From IMG/VR virus record IMGVR_UViG_3300032134_000001: a stretch of 64,000 nt of DNA. One strand, given 5' to 3'. The DNA is from an uncultured virus (IMG/VR IMGVR_UViG_3300032134_000001). Taxonomy: Duplodnaviria > Heunggongvirae > Uroviricota > Caudoviricetes. The position numbers were made by a program, and so were the translations under genes. Every line of letters starts with the position of its first letter. Positions within the stretch are counted from its first letter, which is position 1. Shown here in pieces: positions 27,341-37,314 of the stretch. The notes under the pieces were generated by a model. The model was not told the origin of the DNA, did not search any database, and saw only the letters and a list, made by a program, of their open reading frames with translations.

Positions 27341-28161
27341 GCCAAGCCTTGGCCGCACCCTCGCATGTCGCCCTCCGCCAGCACCTGAAGCGGCGGGGCT
27401 TGCTTCCGTCCACCCGCGCCAAGTACGAGGAGATCATCGACTCTGCCGGCGGGAAGAACCTCATCGAGTGGATCAACCAGAAGGTCCATGCCCGGACGCC
27501 CATCGGCACTGTGCTCCCGGCCCGCGCGGCGGTGAAGCACTACCTGATGGCCGAGGAGGGCTACACCGAGGCTGAGCTGGAGCAGCTCCTCCCGAAGGCG
27601 AGGGGCCGGAAGACCAAGTACCGGGACGCCCTCTCCCCGCGGCAGCTCGCGCTGTACCACGCTGCCGTCGACCAGGTGGACCGCGAGCCCGCCCACACCA
27701 TCCTGAAGCTCTTGCCCAAGACGGGGCTGCGCATCAGCGAGATCTGTTCCCTCCAGGCGTTCGACATCGAGACCCAGGACGGCAACAGCTACCTGGTCTT
27801 CAGGGGCAAGGGCGACAAGCAGAGGGTGGTGCCGCTGGTCGGCTCTGCTGAAGCCCTGCTCGCTGCCTTCATGGACAGGCGACAGCCTGAGAAGTGGCTT
27901 TTCACCGGCTATATGGGCCGCCCTGTCGGGCCCCACGCCATCCGCAAGTACACGCGCAAGATCGCAGCTGACCATCCTGAGCTGGCGGGGTTGTCCCCTC
28001 ACATCCTCCGCCACACCTTCGCGACGATGGCGCTGAGAAAGGGCATGGATCTCAAGCGCTTGCAGGAGATCCTCGGTCACGAGTCCATCAAGACGACTGA
28101 GCGGTACCTGCATCCGACTCGCAGCGACCTTCACGACGCGATGCGGCGCATGGAAGACTGA
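27337..28161 (+). CDS. tyrosine recombinase (XerC/D-like)
   Basis: TGLRISE, GKGDKQR, HILRHTFAT, LGH...TTERY. Confidence 0.93.
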   Translation: MSQALAAPSHVALRQHLKRRGLLPSTRAKYEEIIDSAGGKNLIEWINQKVHARTPIGTVLPARAAVKHYLMAEEGYTEAELEQLLPKARGRKTKYRDALSPRQLALYHAAVDQVDREPAHTILKLLPKTGLRISEICSLQAFDIETQDGNSYLVFRGKGDKQRVVPLVGSAEALLAAFMDRRQPEKWLFTGYMGRPVGPHAIRKYTRKIAADHPELAGLSPHILRHTFATMALRKGMDLKRLQEILGHESIKTTERYLHPTRSDLHDAMRRMED

Positions 28162-28418
28162 GCACCGGCGTCGAGGACCGCATCATCGACTTCCTCGAAG
28201 GCCTGGGCGTTGGGGTCGTGGTGAGCGGGACCCTCGTGGCCGCCTGCCTGGGCTTCTACGGCGCAGGCAGCTCCCTCGCTTCTCGGCTGTGCAGCATGGC
28301 CGACAAGGGGCTCGTCGTCCGGGTCATGCGGGACGAGCACCACTCCTCATCGGCCACCGCCATGTTCCGGCTGCACCACTACGACGGCGAGCCCGGCCGG
28401 GTGTACGAGGGCCGCTGA

Positions 28419-28832
28419 TCAGGCGTCCCCGGGAAGCCGACTCAAGTGGACGTACAGGGGCGGCTTCGGCGTGAAGCGCTTTCGCAGCTCGTTCCCCCAC
28501 TCTGGCCACACGGACAGGCCGATCTCGATCGCCATGTGGACCGCCTCCATGTTGTCAGCCCTCGACAGCAGGACTGGACGCGGGTCATCCTCGGTCGGCA
28601 TCAGGCCTGCGATGGTGACGAAGAACACCCCATCGTGCTTGCGGATCAAGGTGCCCCAGGCTTCCCGGTGGAGACGCTCCATGTAGGAGTCCTGGGTGAG
28701 AGCCTCCTGGCCGATGCGCTTCATGCAAACGCCGATGATGTCGTCGGAGACAACGACTGCGACGAGCCGATTCTTGCTGTCAACCGCCAGGGTGGGGAGG
28801 ACTTGCTGAGGGGTCGTAAGTTGCTGGATCAT
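28419..28832 (-). CDS. hypothetical protein
   Basis: AGGAG SD, typical codon use. Confidence 0.5.
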   Translation of the reverse strand: MIQQLTTPQQVLPTLAVDSKNRLVAVVVSDDIIGVCMKRIGQEALTQDSYMERLHREAWGTLIRKHDGVFFVTIAGLMPTEDDPRPVLLSRADNMEAVHMAIEIGLSVWPEWGNELRKRFTPKPPLYVHLSRLPGDA

Positions 28833-28857
28833 CGCGCTTCTCCTGTTCTACGCTACC

Positions 28858-30456
28858 TCAACCCCTCTGCCGCTGAAGCCTCCTTCGCATGAGACGCTCA
28901 TTCTTGGCTGAGAGCCGAGCCCCGACGATCACCTTCACGTCCCTGCACACCGGGACGACCGTGAACTCCCGCGGCCGGAAGACTTCGATGGGGTGGACGA
29001 TCAGCTTGAAGCGGTTGTTGAGGCTCACCCGCTTGCTCGGAGCGTAGCCGTTCATCCGGCACCAGCTCGCGGCACTCCGGGTCTTCCACCGGCTCCCAGA
29101 GAACACCACGGCGTGAGTCTGGGAGGGCGTCGGCAGCGGCGGCAGCGGCTCGCCCCGCCCCAGCGTGGTGATGGCCCTCTCTCTGGGGATGAAGCTCTCC
29201 CAGGACCGGACCAGGGACTCGACGTTGGCGATGGTCGTCTCGCCCGTGTTCTCAGCCCGGATGGCTTGCCTGATGATCACCCGCTTGGACCGGACGATAG
29301 CGTCGAGCCGGTCGTCGATGGTCCCGGCGGCGTGCAGGTACCAGATGGTGGTCTTGTAGGTCTGGCCGATGCGCCGGATGCGGTCCTCGGCCTGCTCCTC
29401 GTCCGCAGAGGTGAAGAAGCGCTCCACGAACAGCAGGTGCCGCGCAGCGTGCAGGGTGATGCCCTCCTTGCCCGCCTTGGTGCAGATCAGCACAGGGAAG
29501 ATGTTCGCCTGGAACTGGTCGATGTACTTCTGGCGCTTCTTCTGGCTCGTCTTCCCCTCCAGCACCTGGTGGCGGATGCGCTGCTTGCGCAGGGCCTTGA
29601 CCAGCTTCTTGAGCACGACCTGGTGCTCGACGAAGACCACGACCGGTTCTCCAATCCGCACGGCCCGCGCGATCCAGTCGGAGGCTGCTGGGACCTTCGA
29701 CTCCCCCACCAGCCGGCGGAGGTAGCCGACCTTGGTGAACGCCTCGGCAGCCATCGCCCGCTCGACGGAGGCCTCGGCCATGCCCTCCCCGAGCAGCCTC
29801 TCCTTCTCGCGCCGGAGCCAGGTCTCGAAGTCGTCTCCAGCCTGGTCGTACTCCGCCTGGGCGCGGTCCCTCAGCTTGACGTAGAGGTAGGAGCGCTTCT
29901 TGGGCGGGATCTCGGGCGCCACGTCCTCCAGCAGCCGCCGAATCATGGGGGGCCGCTGTCCGTAGAGCGCGTTCAGAGCGCCCAGCTCGTCCTGCGTGTT
30001 GACGATGGGCGTCCCGGTCATCAGGAGCAGCCCCTTCCGCCCCCGCGTCAGCCGGTACAGGGCCTGACTCCGCAGAGCGTCAGGGTTCTTCGCGAGGTGG
30101 GCCTCGTCCGCGATGACCGCGCGGAGCCGGAGCGAGTGGAACTCCATCTCCCGCGGATCGAGCAGCGCCCAGCTCGTGATGTAGACGTTGGCGTGCTTGT
30201 CCAGCGGACTGCTCATGTCCTCCACGATCTGGACGCGAAGACCTGGAGCCCACGCCCTGAACTCGCGCTTCCAGTTGCGCGTGACGGAAGCAGGGCAGAC
30301 GACCAGGGCAGGTAGACTCCACCGGCCCGTCTCCAGGAGAGCGACCACCGCGATCGGTGTCTTTCCCGTACCGGGGGAGGAGGCGAGGAGCACACGGAGG
30401 TTGTGCCGCTTGATGAGGTCGACGTCCTCGCGCTGGAACAGTCGAAGGGTCTTCAA
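28858..30456 (-). CDS. SNF2-like superfamily 2 helicase
   Basis: PGTGKT, LVVCPAS, IADEAH, MTGTP, EGITL, QAEDRIRRIGQ. Confidence 0.9.
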   Translation of the reverse strand: MKTLRLFQREDVDLIKRHNLRVLLASSPGTGKTPIAVVALLETGRWSLPALVVCPASVTRNWKREFRAWAPGLRVQIVEDMSSPLDKHANVYITSWALLDPREMEFHSLRLRAVIADEAHLAKNPDALRSQALYRLTRGRKGLLLMTGTPIVNTQDELGALNALYGQRPPMIRRLLEDVAPEIPPKKRSYLYVKLRDRAQAEYDQAGDDFETWLRREKERLLGEGMAEASVERAMAAEAFTKVGYLRRLVGESKVPAASDWIARAVRIGEPVVVFVEHQVVLKKLVKALRKQRIRHQVLEGKTSQKKRQKYIDQFQANIFPVLICTKAGKEGITLHAARHLLFVERFFTSADEEQAEDRIRRIGQTYKTTIWYLHAAGTIDDRLDAIVRSKRVIIRQAIRAENTGETTIANVESLVRSWESFIPRERAITTLGRGEPLPPLPTPSQTHAVVFSGSRWKTRSAASWCRMNGYAPSKRVSLNNRFKLIVHPIEVFRPREFTVVPVCRDVKVIVGARLSAKNERLMRRRLQRQRG

Positions 30457-30980
30457 ATGTGAGTCCAGCTATGCCTGTTGACGATGCGCCAGGCAGTCAC
30501 CTTGGTCACGCCGAAGCGGGCACCAAGGCTGGGGCACGTGTGCTTCTTCCCGTCGTAGAGGCGACGCATCTCGATCACTTGGGCTTCGGTCAACTTGGCT
30601 CGGCCGTGCCGCTGGCCCCGAGCTGTCGTGCCCTCCCGCTCTCGGTCCGCGACGTTGGCTTGGTGAGTGTCCCATCGGAGGTGGGCGGGGTTCTGGCACA
30701 AAGCGTTCTGACAGGAGTGGCAGGCTTCCTTCCCTTCCGGGCGAAGACCCTGCCCGGCGTAGTAAAGGGCGAAGTGGTGGGCAAGCTGGAACCTCTTCCC
30801 CTCCAGCTTGGCGGCGAAGCGCCCGTAGGCTTGTTGGCGCTGCTTCCCTACCCACGGCCAGCAGGCCTCAGGCCCACCCGAGCGGTCCACCCGAGAATGG
30901 TAGCGAGCCTCCACCTTGTCCATCTCGCCCTCCTGCAGCACTCGAACTCGCTCAATGTAACCGCCCGTGCCGGTTGGCAA
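30453..30980 (-). CDS. HNH homing endonuclease with C-terminal HTH
   Basis: CWPW...YGRF...AHH...CHSCQNALCQNPAHL...N; AKLTEAQV; true start may be the internal MDKVE. Confidence 0.85.
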   Translation of the reverse strand: MPTGTGGYIERVRVLQEGEMDKVEARYHSRVDRSGGPEACWPWVGKQRQQAYGRFAAKLEGKRFQLAHHFALYYAGQGLRPEGKEACHSCQNALCQNPAHLRWDTHQANVADREREGTTARGQRHGRAKLTEAQVIEMRRLYDGKKHTCPSLGARFGVTKVTAWRIVNRHSWTHI

Positions 30981-31004
30981 GGACTTCGCGTGGTACGAGG
31001 AGAC

Positions 31005-31328
31005 ATGGCTCGAACTCGCCGGAACCCGAGAGGCTACCCCTCACAAGGAGCGGGGCTCGTGGTACGCGTAGGACGGGTCAAGCCCCGGCGAGACGGTGAG
31101 GAGAGCGTCTCGGTCGGTGAGCACACCCACTTCTTCGACGGGTCCGACGTGATCTGCCGCAGCGGAGCCCACTTCCCTGGTGAGCGGAAGTTCTTCCCGG
31201 CCTATGCCCAGGGGAACGGGCCGGGCACGGTGGACACCAGCCGCGCAGCCACCGTCACCTGCTACCGCTGCGCGAAGCTCGGCTCGTTCAACGTGGCCCA
31301 GGGCCGCAACCCCTGGCAGGGCCCCTGA
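31005..31328 (+). CDS. RxNP-tagged small Zn-finger protein
   Basis: MARTRRNP...H...ICRS...TCYRC...GRNP; GAGGAG SD. Confidence 0.65.
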   Translation: MARTRRNPRGYPSQGAGLVVRVGRVKPRRDGEESVSVGEHTHFFDGSDVICRSGAHFPGERKFFPAYAQGNGPGTVDTSRAATVTCYRCAKLGSFNVAQGRNPWQGP

Positions 31329-33667
31329 TGGCCCGGAAGCCCAAGTCCCCATGCAAGGAGCTGCGACAGGCCAAGCTGGGAGACCCCCTCGGGCTCTGCC
31401 AGGACTTCAGCCCGAGCTACCGTGGCCCAGCCCAGGACCCCACGGCAGTCCTCCAAGCCTTCATCGAGGACCTGATCGGCCTCCCCGCCGCCCGCCAGAT
31501 GCCTTCCATGAAGCTGGACGCAGACCTCCAGCTTGAGGAGGAGGACATCGAGTCTCTCCTGGGACCGCGCACGAACGTCGATGTGTCGCTGCTGCTCGCC
31601 CAGGGGACGCTCGGAGACCTGGTGCGCCTGGTCCAGCCCTCCGACTCCCGCGCAGCCTACGAGGCTCGGCTGTCCGACTGCGACCGCATCCTCCGCGAGG
31701 ACGGGGAGGAGGCCTGGAGAGCAGCAGGCTGCAAGAGGGACGGCCACCTGATGCTTCCCCGCGGTCGGATGAGCTTCACCGGACCCGGCGAGCGCTTCCC
31801 CGTGGGCCCGGCCACCAAGCAGCGCTGGAAGGACGAGGAGCCGCCTCTGGGGGCCCGAACACAGAGCCCCGAGGCCCATGCCTTCGCTCAAGCGCGCAAG
31901 GGCCGTCTGGGGCTCCTGGCCGGAGAGATCGAGCAGGGCCTCATCGCCTACGCCATGTCCAGCGGACAGCCCGCAGGTCTCCCCATCGCCCTGCCCCCGC
32001 GGCCGGGCCCCCTGGTCGCTGCCGGCGTCCCCCCAGCGGCGGCCAAGCTGCTCCTGAAGCCTCGCCAGGGCACCCACGTCCGCGCCGTGGCTCGAAAGAA
32101 GCCTGCCTCCGACCTGAACGAGCGCCTGCTCGCCATCTTCGGGCTCGTCCCTCTTCAGGTCAACCACGAGATCGCGGGCGTGCCTCAGGGCACCTACTTC
32201 GACCTCTCAGGCCGCGACCTGCGCCGGGTGCGGAGCACGGAGCTTCACCGCAGGAGCCAGCCCGGCGTGAAGGACAGCATCGTCGATCTGATGGTGCAGC
32301 TCCGCGGACCGAAGCGGCCGAAGAAGGCACGGCGACCCACGACACGGCAGCGGCTGTACGTCTGGAAGGTCCAGGTCGACTACACGGACGGCCGGAAGAA
32401 GGAGATTCCTCTCCGCTCGCAGCACGGCTTCTGGACTGCGCTTGACGCGGCCACGCGGAACCGCAACGACTGGACCCTGGTGATCGACCTGGGAGACAAG
32501 GCCTCCCCGCGGACCCTCCGGTTGCAGCACTCCGTCTTCTCTGGCCCCACAGGCGCGGCCGTACTCCCGGACTACACTACTCTCCGTGGACTGGCTCTTC
32601 CAGAACTGGCCCTCGCTCTCGCCCAAAGGCTCGTGGCTCCTCGCAAGAGGCGACGAGGCAGACGGCAGGACCCTCTCTCTGCGAAGACGAATCCAGTGTC
32701 GACCTACACCCTGACAGCGGAGATGACAGCAGGAATGAAGGAGGGCGATGCCCGCCCCTACACGCCTGGCGCGACTCTCGATCCGCCGCAGGGGCAGTTC
32801 ATCTACTGGAGCAAGCGGAAGGGGCCACAAGTCGTCTCTGCCGCACGTCTTGCCTCGTGGGCTCAGGTTGCCCGCCGAGGCCGTCAGATTCATCAGCTCG
32901 CGACGGATGAGGCCACCTTGGTCCCCGTCACACACAATCCCCGCTCTCCTCAGAGGAAGACCACCATGGCCCGTCGTCGCAAGACCCGTCGCAACCCCCA
33001 GATGCAGAGCACCGATCTGGGACTCTCGTCCAACCGCACGCTGAACAAGTACACCGACTGGTACTACCCCGGCACCGCGTGGGACTACTACGAGGCGGGT
33101 GAGTACGACCAGTACAACTCCTCGGTGCCCGTGAACCGGCGCAACCCGCGCCGCCAGCTCACCCAGAAGCAGATCCTGGCTGGCTTCGGCGGCAAGGCAG
33201 CGCAGGCCAAGGCCCGCAGCGCCAAGCGGAACTCCGGTGCGCGGAAGAACCGCGCCTACAAGGAGCACTCCACGAGCGTCCACCAGTACCGGGACAGCGG
33301 CCACAAGGCCAACGCCTCCAAGGCGATGGGCTTCAAGCACGACTTCGGCATCAGCCTGAAGGAAGCCTGGGCGCACGTGAAGGGCGGCACCACGCCTACT
33401 CGCGGCAACCCCCGCCGCGTCGGCGGCTCGCGGTCCGCAGGCTACTGGCCTCGCCACAGCCCCTACTCGCAGGTCCTCGGCCCCTACGGAGCCAGCGCCC
33501 CGCTGTCCCCGTCGCGTCGCAACCCGCGCGGCGGCAAGACCATGGTCGGCCGGTTCCCCTCGCCCTGCTTCCACTGTGGGGAGAGCATGAAGGGACACGA
33601 GATCCATCAGGTCGGCGTCGGTCCCCGCGGCGGCAAGCAGATGGCTCACGTCAACTGCGGGCGCTGA
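31328..33667 (+). CDS. large protein with C-terminal array of RxNP-separated basic modules (possible internal start at 32966)
   Basis: KTNP, THNP, RRNP x3, RGNP; terminal CFHC...HVNC. Confidence 0.65.
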   Translation: MARKPKSPCKELRQAKLGDPLGLCQDFSPSYRGPAQDPTAVLQAFIEDLIGLPAARQMPSMKLDADLQLEEEDIESLLGPRTNVDVSLLLAQGTLGDLVRLVQPSDSRAAYEARLSDCDRILREDGEEAWRAAGCKRDGHLMLPRGRMSFTGPGERFPVGPATKQRWKDEEPPLGARTQSPEAHAFAQARKGRLGLLAGEIEQGLIAYAMSSGQPAGLPIALPPRPGPLVAAGVPPAAAKLLLKPRQGTHVRAVARKKPASDLNERLLAIFGLVPLQVNHEIAGVPQGTYFDLSGRDLRRVRSTELHRRSQPGVKDSIVDLMVQLRGPKRPKKARRPTTRQRLYVWKVQVDYTDGRKKEIPLRSQHGFWTALDAATRNRNDWTLVIDLGDKASPRTLRLQHSVFSGPTGAAVLPDYTTLRGLALPELALALAQRLVAPRKRRRGRRQDPLSAKTNPVSTYTLTAEMTAGMKEGDARPYTPGATLDPPQGQFIYWSKRKGPQVVSAARLASWAQVARRGRQIHQLATDEATLVPVTHNPRSPQRKTTMARRRKTRRNPQMQSTDLGLSSNRTLNKYTDWYYPGTAWDYYEAGEYDQYNSSVPVNRRNPRRQLTQKQILAGFGGKAAQAKARSAKRNSGARKNRAYKEHSTSVHQYRDSGHKANASKAMGFKHDFGISLKEAWAHVKGGTTPTRGNPRRVGGSRSAGYWPRHSPYSQVLGPYGASAPLSPSRRNPRGGKTMVGRFPSPCFHCGESMKGHEIHQVGVGPRGGKQMAHVNCGR

Positions 33668-33668
33668 T

Positions 33669-34874
33669 CTACCCCCAGGTAGGGCGGAGCTGGGCACTCA
33701 CTGTGGCCGGCACGCCCACCTCGGCAAGGACCTGGACGAAGGCGGCCTGCACAGCGCGGGCCAGCGTAGGCGCCGTCTCGACCGGAACCTGAAGCAGCAC
33801 CCCGTCGTACATCGGAAGCACCAGCCTCAACCCCTCCTCACGGAGCGGGTAGATGAGCTGGAGTGCCCGGTCGAGGATCACGCTCTCCACGCCCCGGAAG
33901 ACGGAGGAGAGGGTGGTCCGAACCGCGCCTTCCAAGAGCCCCTGCGGTGTGCCTTCCCGCACGACGTAGCCGCCCTTCGTCTGGCCGAGGACCGCGGAGG
34001 AGCGGAACTGGTAGCCGCGCTCGTCTGGCAACGTCACCCAGAGAGCGCCACCCTGGGCTGCGGTCTCGCGGTGCATCTCACCCCAGCCGTCCCGGAAGTC
34101 GCGGGCAGCGGGGAAGCCAGCCCACCAGGTGTCCAGCATCCCCTTGGCCTGGCTGCGGGTGGCCTTCACCCCCGCCTCGCGCAGGTACCGGCTCCAGCCC
34201 TGCTCCGTGATGCCACCGAGAGCCGAGAGGTTGAACAGCTTGCCGACCGAGCGCCGCCGGGCCGCAGGGAGGGCCGGGACGAGCAGGTCGCCGGACACGC
34301 GGTGCAAGTCGTCCTGGCAGCCTGCCGCCAGCCTCTCGTCGCCGGAGAGGGCAGCAAGAATCGACGGGAAGCACTGGTCGATGTCCACGTCCAGGAACAG
34401 GGAGCCCGGCGCCGCCTCGAAGTCCTTGCGGTGGTCCCGCGAGATGCTCGACAGTAGGATGCCGCCAGGACGGCGCTCAGACCGCCACCGCTTCTCCCCG
34501 ACGGCGACAGGGCCGGTGTAGTCGGGCAGATGGGTCGGGTACTTTCGGCCTCCCTGAGACTCGCGCCACACCAGATTCGCCTCCAGCACAACGCCAGAGA
34601 CGTGCAGGAGAGGAGCCAGGAAGCCAGGCCCGAACCAGCCCTGAACCTCCGCACGGTGGACCTTCGGCAGTCTCGACGGAGACCGCACCACAGCCGCACC
34701 AGGCGAGAGACAGGCAGAGAGGCGCGGACCGGGGGTTCCCGGCCAAGCGGGAGCCGTCCCCCCTTCATCGGCGCGGTCAGGGAGCCCGCCGCGCTGCTGC
34801 CTTCCCTGTGCCTGCTGGCTGGCTTCGATGTCTTCGAGTCGAGGTGCCCCGCCCAGGAGCGGAATCACGACCAT
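33669..34874 (-). CDS. stand-alone family-A-like polymerase domain (TV-Pol-like), no exonuclease
   Basis: FLDVDIDQCFPSILAALSGD, DLH, RRSVGKLFNLSALGG, LVLPMYDGVLL; start uncertain. Confidence 0.65.
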   Translation of the reverse strand: MVVIPLLGGAPRLEDIEASQQAQGRQQRGGLPDRADEGGTAPAWPGTPGPRLSACLSPGAAVVRSPSRLPKVHRAEVQGWFGPGFLAPLLHVSGVVLEANLVWRESQGGRKYPTHLPDYTGPVAVGEKRWRSERRPGGILLSSISRDHRKDFEAAPGSLFLDVDIDQCFPSILAALSGDERLAAGCQDDLHRVSGDLLVPALPAARRRSVGKLFNLSALGGITEQGWSRYLREAGVKATRSQAKGMLDTWWAGFPAARDFRDGWGEMHRETAAQGGALWVTLPDERGYQFRSSAVLGQTKGGYVVREGTPQGLLEGAVRTTLSSVFRGVESVILDRALQLIYPLREEGLRLVLPMYDGVLLQVPVETAPTLARAVQAAFVQVLAEVGVPATVSAQLRPTWG

Positions 34875-35097
34875 GCTTCGATGGCGTCGGGTCTGAAGCC
34901 TTCTCGCCAGGTTTTCCCCGGCTCGTGGCTCTCGCTGTCCAGCCAGTCAGGGCTCCGGTGCCACACGAGGGCATGGTCGGCCCGAAAGCCGTTCTCCTCG
35001 CCCCAGCCCCGAAGGAGGGGCTCGATGTGGTTCGCCTCTGACATCTGATCGTCAGTCATACTCTGTCGTGCCAGCTGGCGCAAGGTTAGCCTGAGTC

Positions 35098-35337
35098 ATG
35101 CAAGGTGGCGTCACGAGCAACGACTATGACGGCAGAGCAGCACGGCACTGCTCGGCTGGAACTACGCGGACCTTCGAGGTCACCCCCACGGGCGTGGCTC
35201 AGGAGATTGCCTACGACGGCTACGCCGGGGACATCCGAGCTGCTGCCTCTCGGGCCTGGTGCAAGTCCCACGACATGGACGACCTCGCCGTCCGTCAGGA
35301 GTGGGCGAGGAAGTTCTGTGGCGCTGAGGCTGCCTGA
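35098..35337 (+). CDS. hypothetical protein
   Basis: TAGCCT box just upstream of ATG; fills the gap between convergent genes. Confidence 0.4.
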   Translation: MQGGVTSNDYDGRAARHCSAGTTRTFEVTPTGVAQEIAYDGYAGDIRAAASRAWCKSHDMDDLAVRQEWARKFCGAEAA

Positions 35338-36105
35338 TCAGGCTGCGACAGGGCGTCGGGCAGGTCCGGGCTGTCCCGCGGGACGCTTCTTCTTCCGGCG
35401 CCGCTTCTTCTGACCCTTGGGCTTCTTGGTCATCGTGTAGATGAGGAAGCCGCCGACGCCGAACACGGCCAGGCCGCCAACGATGAGCAGGGCACCACTG
35501 CCGCCGCCACCTTCAGTGGTCGCCACGTCCGTGCCTGTACCCTCTGCGATGAACTCGTCCTCGTAGAACTCGTCACCGCCCCCGCCGCCCTTCTTGCCCT
35601 TGGACTTGGACTTGGACTTCGCGGCTGTGGGCTTGTCCCATGCGCCGCCGCCGACCTTGGTGCGGATCTTGCCCTTGCTGTCGAACTCGACGCGGGTGAC
35701 CTTGCCCTTGGCGGCGACCTTCTCATCGAGGGTCTCGGCCTTCAGGAGCTTCTTCTCAGCGCGGCTGAGGATCTTCTTGCACCGCTTGTGGCCCTTGCCC
35801 TTCTTCTTCACGCACTTCCGGTACCGGGTCATCTTCCGGCCGGCAGACCGCTTCTTGCGGTCGCGGCGTCGAGCCTTGGCTCGTGCCGTCCACCACCAGC
35901 CGTAGTCGCCGTAGTCGCCCTCGGGGTAGCCCGCGAGGAACTCCTCCTCCGAGAAGGCGTACTCGTCCGGGTCGAAGTCTTCGTCGAACGCGAAGTCCTC
36001 GTCGTCGTAGTCGTCTTCATCGAACCCGTACTCGTCTTCGTCGTCCCTGGTGAAGTACCAGAGAGCACCGACGCCCAGGAGGATGAGGGGGAGCTTCGAG
36101 TCCAT
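35338..36105 (-). CDS. membrane protein: N-terminal TM, acidic tract ending DYGDYG, basic domain, C-terminal TM
   Basis: Direct reading of the translation. Confidence 0.7.
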   Translation of the reverse strand: MDSKLPLILLGVGALWYFTRDDEDEYGFDEDDYDDEDFAFDEDFDPDEYAFSEEEFLAGYPEGDYGDYGWWWTARAKARRRDRKKRSAGRKMTRYRKCVKKKGKGHKRCKKILSRAEKKLLKAETLDEKVAAKGKVTRVEFDSKGKIRTKVGGGAWDKPTAAKSKSKSKGKKGGGGGDEFYEDEFIAEGTGTDVATTEGGGGSGALLIVGGLAVFGVGGFLIYTMTKKPKGQKKRRRKKKRPAGQPGPARRPVAA

Positions 36106-36111
36106 CGTCGT

Positions 36112-37287
36112 CTACCCCATGCCCAGGCGGGCCTTGAGGTTCGCCTGGCGCTGGCTGCGGTACTCCTTGCGAGCTGACCGAACCTCAGCACGCCCCTTCT
36201 GGCGGGCTGCGATCGTCTTGCCCCGCTTCTTGGCCCGCTTGCTGCGCTTGGCGATGCGCTTCTTCCTGCGCTTCTGGCGAGCCTTGTAGTCGCCGTAGTC
36301 GTCGAGGTACGCCTCTTCGGTGATGGCCCCGAAGCCCAGGTCGAGGATCTGGAGGGCGTTGGTCCGGGCCTGACCGGCATGGTCGATGCCGAAGCCGAGG
36401 ATGCCTGCCAGCTCCATGTTCGCAGCCTGGTCGGCCGTGGCACCGCGGAGGCGGCGGTTCTGCGCGTGACGCATTGCCGGGCCTGCGCGGCGGCGCATCT
36501 GGGGAGGCTGGCCTCCCTGCTCCAGGCTCATCGTCTGCGGCGTGCCAGCCTGCTGGACCTGGATCGCGCGGCGCTGCATGGCGGCCTGGCGGCGAGCGGC
36601 GCGTGCTGCCAGTTGGGCAGGACCCACCCGTCGACCTCCGCCCTTGCGGAGCCGCCGGTTCTTGCGGCGGACCTTCTTGAGCTGCTTCTTGAGCTTGCGA
36701 CGAGAGCGCCACTTGCGCGGGTTCTCGATGGCCTCGGCTGAGCCGCCTGCGGCTTCCAGCTTCGTCTTGATCCACTCGCACTCGCTCTCCGACTTGGAGG
36801 CGAGGCACTGGCTGTAGGCCTGCGCGAGGGGGAGCTTCTTGCCGCCAGGAGCACCACTGCGCCGACGACGGTTGCCACCGCGCTTCATCCCGCCGTGACC
36901 GGCAGGGCGCTGACCCCGCTGACGCCGGTTCTGAGCGTGGCTCATGCTGGGGTTGTTGAGAGCGCCGCCCTCGTAGTCCCAGGCACCCACGCCGTCGAGG
37001 CTCAGGGGGCTCAGCCCAGCAGACCGTCGAGCCTTGTTCCACATGCGGAAGCGCTTCTTGGCTCCCGATGTGCCGGATTCGATCCGCTCGGCTGCACGCT
37101 CCAGGAAGGCCTGGCTGCGCTTGTCGATCATGGCCTTGAGACGGTTGCCCGACTTCCCAGCAGCGACGGCCGCCTGGTACTTCGCCAGGAGGTCCTTCGG
37201 GCCGGGGTTGTTGAGCGCACCGCCCTCATAGTCCCAGGCGCCGTAGGCTCCGTAGACGTCTGCGTCGGTGCTGGTGATGAAACCCAT
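36112..37287 (-). CDS. basic core-like precursor with duplicated GAWDYEGGALNNP and DDYGDY
   Basis: Internal 13-aa repeat; Arg/Lys-rich blocks. Confidence 0.7.
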   Translation of the reverse strand: MGFITSTDADVYGAYGAWDYEGGALNNPGPKDLLAKYQAAVAAGKSGNRLKAMIDKRSQAFLERAAERIESGTSGAKKRFRMWNKARRSAGLSPLSLDGVGAWDYEGGALNNPSMSHAQNRRQRGQRPAGHGGMKRGGNRRRRSGAPGGKKLPLAQAYSQCLASKSESECEWIKTKLEAAGGSAEAIENPRKWRSRRKLKKQLKKVRRKNRRLRKGGGRRVGPAQLAARAARRQAAMQRRAIQVQQAGTPQTMSLEQGGQPPQMRRRAGPAMRHAQNRRLRGATADQAANMELAGILGFGIDHAGQARTNALQILDLGFGAITEEAYLDDYGDYKARQKRRKKRIAKRSKRAKKRGKTIAARQKGRAEVRSARKEYRSQRQANLKARLGMG

Positions 37288-37314
37288 GGTGTTGTCCTCA
37301 GAATCGCGGAAGGG

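Noticed and set aside
13400..31000. Further boxes at 13464(-), 23470(+) and 30935(+, GCAGCAC)
   Set aside because: Nearest -10-like hexamers are 59-60 nt away rather than 49; might be a one-helical-turn variant but not counted as support.
37190..37230. NNPGP as a 2A ribosome-skipping peptide
   Set aside because: Lacks D(V/I)ExNPGP, and 2A skipping is not known to work on bacterial ribosomes.
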